A DNA stretch of 64,000 nt. Source: Nitrospirales bacterium. Lineage in GTDB: Bacteria > Nitrospirota > Nitrospiria > Nitrospirales > UBA8639. The position numbers and the translations under genes are program-made. Below the pieces are notes generated by a model. The model saw only the letters and a program-made list of their open reading frames with translations. It did not search any database and was not told the DNA's origin. This document shows positions 58,624 to 64,000 of this stretch, piece by piece. The stretch covers positions 3,424,001-3,488,000 of the forward strand of contig OY820905.2 in NCBI GenBank assembly GCA_963555755.3, in the 5' to 3' direction. Numbering within the stretch: the first letter of the stretch is position 1; each line of letters starts with the position of its first letter.

Positions 58624-60564
58624 CTACACATCCAAATTGTCGGCAAGGGTCGCATTCGCCATCAGAAATTCGTAGCGGGCTTCAGTGCGTTTGCCCATGA
58701 GGTCATGGAAGGTGCGGTCGGTGTGGAGTTCATTTTGCACTTCGACTTTGAGGAGTTGTCGCGTGGCGGGATTGAGGGTGGTCTCTTTCAATTGTTGGGG
58801 GAACATTTCGCCGAGACCTTTGAATCGGCTAATGGTCGGTTTGGCATTGGTACGGGCTTCAGAAAGAATGCGTGCTTTTTCTTCATCCGATCCTGCCCAA
58901 TGCACCTCTTTCCCAATATCGATTCGGTACAAGGGCGGCTGGGCAATATACACGTGCCCTTGTTTGATCAGTTCTGAGACATGCCGGAAGAAGAAGGTCA
59001 GGAGCAAGGTGCTGATGTGATAGCCGTCAATATCCGCATCCATGAGCAAAATGATTTTGTGATACCGTAGTTTCTTCAGATCAAAATCCTTCCCAATCCC
59101 ACAGCCAAGGACCTTCACCAAATCCGCCAGCTCTTTATTCTCGACCACCTTGCCGAGGGTGAGTTCTTCGGTGTTGAGCACCTTGCCACGAATGGGAAAG
59201 ATCGCTTGGTTCTTCAAATCACGTCCTTGCTTCGCGGTTCCACCGGCGGAATCACCCTCAACGATAAACAGCTCACTGACTCCAGGATCCGTGCTTTGGC
59301 AATCCGTGAGTTTCCCTGGCAAGTTCAGCCGATGGCTCACGGCGGATTTCCGCATGACGGCTTTCGAGGCTTCGCGTGAAGCTTCTCGTGCGCGGGCGGC
59401 TAAGATCATGCGGCCAACCAAGGTTTCGGCAATGGTTTTATTGACGTTCAAAAAATTCTCCAACGCGGGTCGAATGGCATTATCGACTAAACCATGTACT
59501 TCGGTATTGTTGAGACGCTCTTTGGTTTGCCCTTGGAATTGAGGATGTAAAATAAGCGCGCTCATGACACAGGCCAATCCCTCCCGGATATCTTCTGCCT
59601 GAAGGCTAAGGCCTTTCGGGGTGAGGTTGTGGGTGTCCATGTAATTGCGGACAGCTTTCACAATGCCAGCTCGCAACCCCAATTCATGGGTGCCCCCACT
59701 GCTTGTGGCCACACCGTTCACATAGCTGCGCACAAACTCCGCAGGTTCGTCAGTCCATTGCAAGGCGACTTCCATCGCAAAGCCATCACCATTGGTCGCG
59801 AGGTGATCGCCACCGTTCAATTTTTTATCCAGATAAAACACAAAGTCCGCAGTCGGTTTTTTGCCTCGTTCGCGGACGAGTTTGGTGAGATATTCTTCAA
59901 TGCCCTGTTCATGCACGAATTGGTGCGTGTGCCCTGTGGTCCCATCTTTGAACGTCAGCTTCAATCCTTTGTGAAGATACGATTTGGCCTCAAGGGTTTC
60001 ATGCAGCAGGGTAGGGTCAAAGGGGGTGTTTTTCCCGAAAATGGTTGAATCAGGACGAAAGTATACTGACGTGCCGGTCCCACGAATCACCCCACCTTTT
60101 TTGACTGGGCCTTGGGGTTTTCCAGCTTGATACGATTGCATCCATTCATGCCCATCGCGTTTCACCGTGACTTCCAAGTGGCGTGATAGGGCATTCACCA
60201 CTGAAGCGCCCACTCCATGTAATCCGCCAGAATGAATGTAACTGCCCGTTTCAAATTTTCCGCCAGCATGCAACGTCGTCATAATAATTTCCAATGCCGA
60301 CTTTTTATATTTCTTGTGCTGGTCGACAGGAATCCCGCGCCCATTGTCGGTGATGCGAATGCCATCCCGACTTTTATCGAGTTCCACGATGATCGTCGTG
60401 GCATACCCATTAATCACTTCATCAATCCCGTTATCCAAAATTTCCCACACGAGACGATGCAGCCCAGTCTTATCCGTACCCCCAATATACATCGCGGGCC
60501 GCTTCCGAACCGGCTCAATGCCTTCTAAAACAACAATGTCACTCGCGTCATATTTTTTGGCCAT
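58624..60564 (-). CDS. Type IIA topoisomerase subunit B (ParE/GyrB-like)
   Basis: VRKRPAMYIG, DNGRGIP, LHAGGKF, EGDSAGG, PIRGKVLN, DADIDG.HI, RFKGLGEM. Confidence 0.93.
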   Translation of the reverse strand: MAKKYDASDIVVLEGIEPVRKRPAMYIGGTDKTGLHRLVWEILDNGIDEVINGYATTIIVELDKSRDGIRITDNGRGIPVDQHKKYKKSALEIIMTTLHAGGKFETGSYIHSGGLHGVGASVVNALSRHLEVTVKRDGHEWMQSYQAGKPQGPVKKGGVIRGTGTSVYFRPDSTIFGKNTPFDPTLLHETLEAKSYLHKGLKLTFKDGTTGHTHQFVHEQGIEEYLTKLVRERGKKPTADFVFYLDKKLNGGDHLATNGDGFAMEVALQWTDEPAEFVRSYVNGVATSSGGTHELGLRAGIVKAVRNYMDTHNLTPKGLSLQAEDIREGLACVMSALILHPQFQGQTKERLNNTEVHGLVDNAIRPALENFLNVNKTIAETLVGRMILAARAREASREASKAVMRKSAVSHRLNLPGKLTDCQSTDPGVSELFIVEGDSAGGTAKQGRDLKNQAIFPIRGKVLNTEELTLGKVVENKELADLVKVLGCGIGKDFDLKKLRYHKIILLMDADIDGYHISTLLLTFFFRHVSELIKQGHVYIAQPPLYRIDIGKEVHWAGSDEEKARILSEARTNAKPTISRFKGLGEMFPQQLKETTLNPATRQLLKVEVQNELHTDRTFHDLMGKRTEARYEFLMANATLADNLDV

Positions 60565-60697
60565 AGGGCTTCCTTGATTGTCTTTTGAATCGGGAGAGTA
60601 GATTATTTCTTAACTTGTATTGCCTCAATTTTCAAGGGCGAAAGATGTTCGGCTAAAGCGGCCTCCAAGAGTCGATTGTCAGCTGCGGCAAATTGCA

Positions 60698-61234
60698 TGG
60701 GCAGATGGTCCAACCCCTACGAAGAGATTTCTCCTTCCACTCGAAATGACAGAGGGGAACTTCTGATAACTCATCGCGAACAAGCTTGCAACTTAGCCCC
60801 GCCCCGCCTGTTGTCATGTTGCCCCTCCTGTTGTCATTTCGACCCTTGGGAGAAATCTCGCCGTTCCTCCCACGCGTGGGCAGACGGGCCAACCCCTACA
60901 AAGAGATTTCTCCTTCCACTCGAAATGACAGAATGGGATTCCTGCTTGGTCAGCTCGAACAAGCTTGCAACTTAGCACCGCCCCGCCTGTTGTCATGTTG
61001 CCCCTCCTGTTGTCATTTCGACCCTTGGGAGAAATCTCGCCGTTCCTCCCACGCGTGGGCAGACGGGCCTACCCCTACAAAGAGATTTCTCCTTCCACTC
61101 GAAATGACAGAATGGGATTCCTGCTTGGTCAGCTCGAACAAGCTTGCAACTTAGCACCGCCCCGCCTGTTGTCATGTTGCCCCTCCTGTTGTCATTTCGA
61201 CCCGTGGGAGAAATCTCACCGTTCCCACCACGCT
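60698..61234. repeat. Tandem repeat, 3 x 179 bp, REP-doublet-like
   Basis: Units start at 60698, 60877 and 61056. Each holds GAGATTTCTCC..TCGAAATGACA and TGTCATTTCGA..GGAGAAATCTC. Confidence 0.9.
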
Positions 61235-61284
61235 GAAGGAAACATTCCACCCCCTCGTTACGATCGCTAATCTTGGACCGGTTC

Positions 61285-62298
61285 CTAGGTCAGCGCCCCA
61301 CTACAGGAAGAACCAGCACCAGCAGTACAACCGAAGCAGTGTTGGGCCATAATGATCGGGCGATGCGCCAGGGATTGATGGTCAAACTCAGGAATCGTCT
61401 GAGGCATCCCGTCGGATAAGGAGATGTCCAACATTTGATGAAAATCGCAATCGTACAAACGCCCATCCCATCCTACACTCAATAACGTTCGGCACATCAC
61501 GGTTTCCGTGGAGGCAGGATTGAAGCTATTGATGAGTAAGGCCATGTATTCATCAAGTTGGCCGGTGGTTCTCAGGTCATCGAGAAACCGGCTAATCGGC
61601 ATGTTCGTGATCGTAAACAATTGATTAAACTCAATGCCAAACCTGGTGCGCAGCTCGTGCTTAAAGTCGATTTCCAATTCACTCTGGTCAGGAGGAAGCT
61701 TGGGCCCCAACGGGTTATACACCAAGTTCAAGATTAAGCCTGTTCCTTCCTTGCCATACCCCAACTGGTTGAGCTGTTGTAAAGCCGTCATGCTCCGCTC
61801 AAACACACCTTTCCCACGTTGTTGATCCACATTGTCCTCTGAGTAGCAGGGCAAGGAGGCCACAATTTCGACTTGATGCTCGGCTAAAAATTGTGGAATG
61901 TGTGACTTCCCTTTCACAAAAAACACGGTGAGGTTGCAACGATCGATCACCTTGCGTCCCAGAGCCCGACATTCAGCCACCAAGTATTCAAAGTGCGGAT
62001 TCATCTCAGGCGCACCCCCAGTGATATCAATTGTCGTAATGCCAGGATTCTGCCGGATCACGGCGAGGACGACTTCAATGGTTTCGCGAGTCATGTTTTC
62101 CGTTCGAGTGGGCCCCGCGTCTACATGACAATGCGAACACGTCTGGTTGCACAACTTTCCAATATTAACCTGGAGCGTATGAATGCCCTTTGCTTCTAAC
62201 GGCTGAATTCCATGGTCCGCCAATGTTTGGCGGAACGACATGTGAGTATTGGCAAGGGTGGAGATTGGGGTGTCGGAAAGAGTCTGAAGAGTTTTCAT
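61285..62298 (-). CDS. arsS: Arsenosugar-biosynthesis-type radical SAM protein (DUF3641)
   Basis: LQVNIGKLCNQTCSHCHVDAGP.RTE, DITGGAPE, DRCNLT, NMPISRF, C-terminal HCFGCTAGAGSSC. Start codon uncertain. Confidence 0.85.
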   Translation of the reverse strand: MKTLQTLSDTPISTLANTHMSFRQTLADHGIQPLEAKGIHTLQVNIGKLCNQTCSHCHVDAGPTRTENMTRETIEVVLAVIRQNPGITTIDITGGAPEMNPHFEYLVAECRALGRKVIDRCNLTVFFVKGKSHIPQFLAEHQVEIVASLPCYSEDNVDQQRGKGVFERSMTALQQLNQLGYGKEGTGLILNLVYNPLGPKLPPDQSELEIDFKHELRTRFGIEFNQLFTITNMPISRFLDDLRTTGQLDEYMALLINSFNPASTETVMCRTLLSVGWDGRLYDCDFHQMLDISLSDGMPQTIPEFDHQSLAHRPIIMAQHCFGCTAGAGSSCSGALT

Positions 62299-62356
62299 GA
62301 ATGAGGTATCCGAGTATGAATTCCCATCACTATGATACCTGGCCTCATAGTTGAGA

Positions 62357-63541
62357 TTAACAACATCCGCCCGTTGGCTCGCAAATGACGGCGTCATGTT
62401 CCCCAGGTTGGGTCGCACGATTGATCACCCCAAAATAAGGCCGATAGGCATCATGTTGGAGAACACGATGCGTTTTGGAACAAATCTCCTCGGGAACGCC
62501 GCATCGAAACGTATGGTCATCATCATCCTGTGCTTCGAGAAACGGGCCGGTAAGCATCGCGAAGTGACCATCCCACACACACGTGATGTCTTCCGGAAGG
62601 ACTTCCGTCCATTGCGCATCGGAACGCGTGAATCCCATAGCTGTTTCAGACAATACGAACAACCCCTGGTAGAAGGGCGATTCTAGGAGTGCGGCGGTTT
62701 CCCTATCGATCGGTTCGGGAATCCCCCGCTTAAAGGCATGGCCCAGTTCATCCGTCACTTGGCTAAAAGGCCCTTTCAATGTCGCAAAGGCACTGGTCGT
62801 GGCTGGAGGATTGGTGAGCTTATAGCCTGTCAGGGTAATCGAGAGGAAATGAATCCCGTCGATCACACGCCAAGGAATGAGGTTCACCTGATGAATGCCC
62901 AAAAATCCTGCTGCGCGAAGCCCATTCCAATATTCATGGAGCGGCAGGGCGCCTGACAGACAGTCCCCCCATTTCTCTTTGTCGTGAATCATGTAGTTGG
63001 GAACGTTTTGATCCGCAACAATATCCGAAATCGAAAACCGACCTCCTCGACGGAGAATGCGAAACATCTCTTGGAAGACCTTGGGCTTATCCGGAGATAA
63101 ATTGATGACGCAGTTGGAGACAATCAAATCCACGTCTTCATTTTTAACAGGCATGGCTTCAGCTTGCCCTTTTCGAAAATCGACATTCGTTTCCGAATAG
63201 CCGAGATTTGTCGCGACGGTCGGAGCATGGGTTCGAGCAAAGGCCAGCATTTCCTCTGTCATGTCGATGCCGATGACTCGTCCCGTTGGCCCGACTCGAC
63301 GCGAGGCTTCGAAGCAATCAATCCCGCCACCCGATCCAATATCCAAGACGGTTTCCCCAGGCTGGACCGTGGTCAACCCCACGGGCGTCCCACAGCCATA
63401 GGACACCTTCAGGACAGGTTCCGGGATGAATGTGCGCAAGTCCTCATGGTCATAGCCTGTCGGACAACACATTTCTTCCCCATTGGTCACTGCCCGGGCA
63501 TACCGTTCACTCACAGCTTGGGTAATCACATCGGATTCCAT
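62357..63541 (-). CDS. arsM: Arsenite methyltransferase-like SAM methyltransferase with C-terminal extension
   Basis: CCP, SYGCG.P, VLDIGSGGG.DC, GIDMT..ML, SNCVINL.PDK, W..C..GAL, terminal GGCC. Confidence 0.8.
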   Translation of the reverse strand: MESDVITQAVSERYARAVTNGEEMCCPTGYDHEDLRTFIPEPVLKVSYGCGTPVGLTTVQPGETVLDIGSGGGIDCFEASRRVGPTGRVIGIDMTEEMLAFARTHAPTVATNLGYSETNVDFRKGQAEAMPVKNEDVDLIVSNCVINLSPDKPKVFQEMFRILRRGGRFSISDIVADQNVPNYMIHDKEKWGDCLSGALPLHEYWNGLRAAGFLGIHQVNLIPWRVIDGIHFLSITLTGYKLTNPPATTSAFATLKGPFSQVTDELGHAFKRGIPEPIDRETAALLESPFYQGLFVLSETAMGFTRSDAQWTEVLPEDITCVWDGHFAMLTGPFLEAQDDDDHTFRCGVPEEICSKTHRVLQHDAYRPYFGVINRATQPGEHDAVICEPTGGCC

Positions 63542-63712
63542 AAATACTCCTATTCAATTATTCGAGACATACCTGATTATTTGGGTATAAACAAAGTGAC
63601 TTCGCTTCGTCAATTTCGTTTCAGAAACGATGTATCTCAAGATGATACCTGAAAAGACGATTGTTGTCTTTTAGCCAACTCACAAATACGCGGCTTGGAG
63701 AAGTAAATCCTC

Positions 63713-63914
63713 AATGGGGCTGTTGAATAATTCGCGTCAATATCCAATAAATGCTCCAGATGAGCCCCACATCGTCAGTGGGTGGGAATGTTCAAAAAAG
63801 TCCGTCCAGCAAGGCCGCAGCCCTTTTGACGCGCGGAGCGTACTCATAGTACGTGAGCACGGCAAAAGGGCGAGAACGCCGCTGGCGGCTTTTTTCAACA
63901 TTCCCTCAATGGAA
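63713..63914. repeat. Dispersed repeat with family B element (63784-63905)
   Basis: Closely similar to 6058-6283. Confidence 0.85.
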
Positions 63915-64000
63915 ATACAGTCGCGGTTCGTAAGGTTTCATGACAGCCATTTGGATGGAAAGCTCGAAACGTCCTTTAAACCTGCTTTACGATGGTGCGC

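Noticed and set aside
60698..61234. CRISPR array
   Set aside because: Whole 179-bp units repeat, there are no unique spacers, and no cas genes are nearby.
61285..61320. Selenocysteine-containing ArsS C-terminus
   Set aside because: The GSSC motif uses a TGT codon and the gene ends normally at TAG.

Overview
Bacterial chromosomal segment, probably Nitrospirota/Nitrospirales. This is an inference from a five-subunit rTCA-type 2-oxoacid:ferredoxin oxidoreductase operon and the housekeeping gene content. The backbone carries glnS, metF, der, metK-ahcY, the oxidoreductase operon, an isc/hsc Fe-S cluster operon, mrcA, erpA, perR-rubrerythrin-FeS oxidoreductase-DUF3501, mpg, a type IIA topoisomerase B subunit and arsM-arsS. 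The most notable items are not in the ORF track: (1) a tRNA-Asn(GTT) split inside the anticodon (35/36) by a 557-nt group I intron that carries a nonsense-interrupted HNH endonuclease; (2) an integrase-less integron-like array (attI-like site, three cassettes, three attC sites); (3) a second cassette-like island whose genes are delimited by 24-bp palindromes. Both islands are bracketed by inward-facing copies of the same structured repeat and share an ATGTAAC.GAAT motif. Also present: (4) a vapBC module beside a diverged duplicate of the der 3' end; (5) a DUF4338-ISAs1 insertion sequence with a -1 frameshift and an IS4-family element; (6) a USP/radical SAM/CopD-like operon with four PCP_red-like modules; (7) a dense, partly nested population of MITE/REP-like elements, several sharing a covarying core. 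All calls were made by eye, without database searches.
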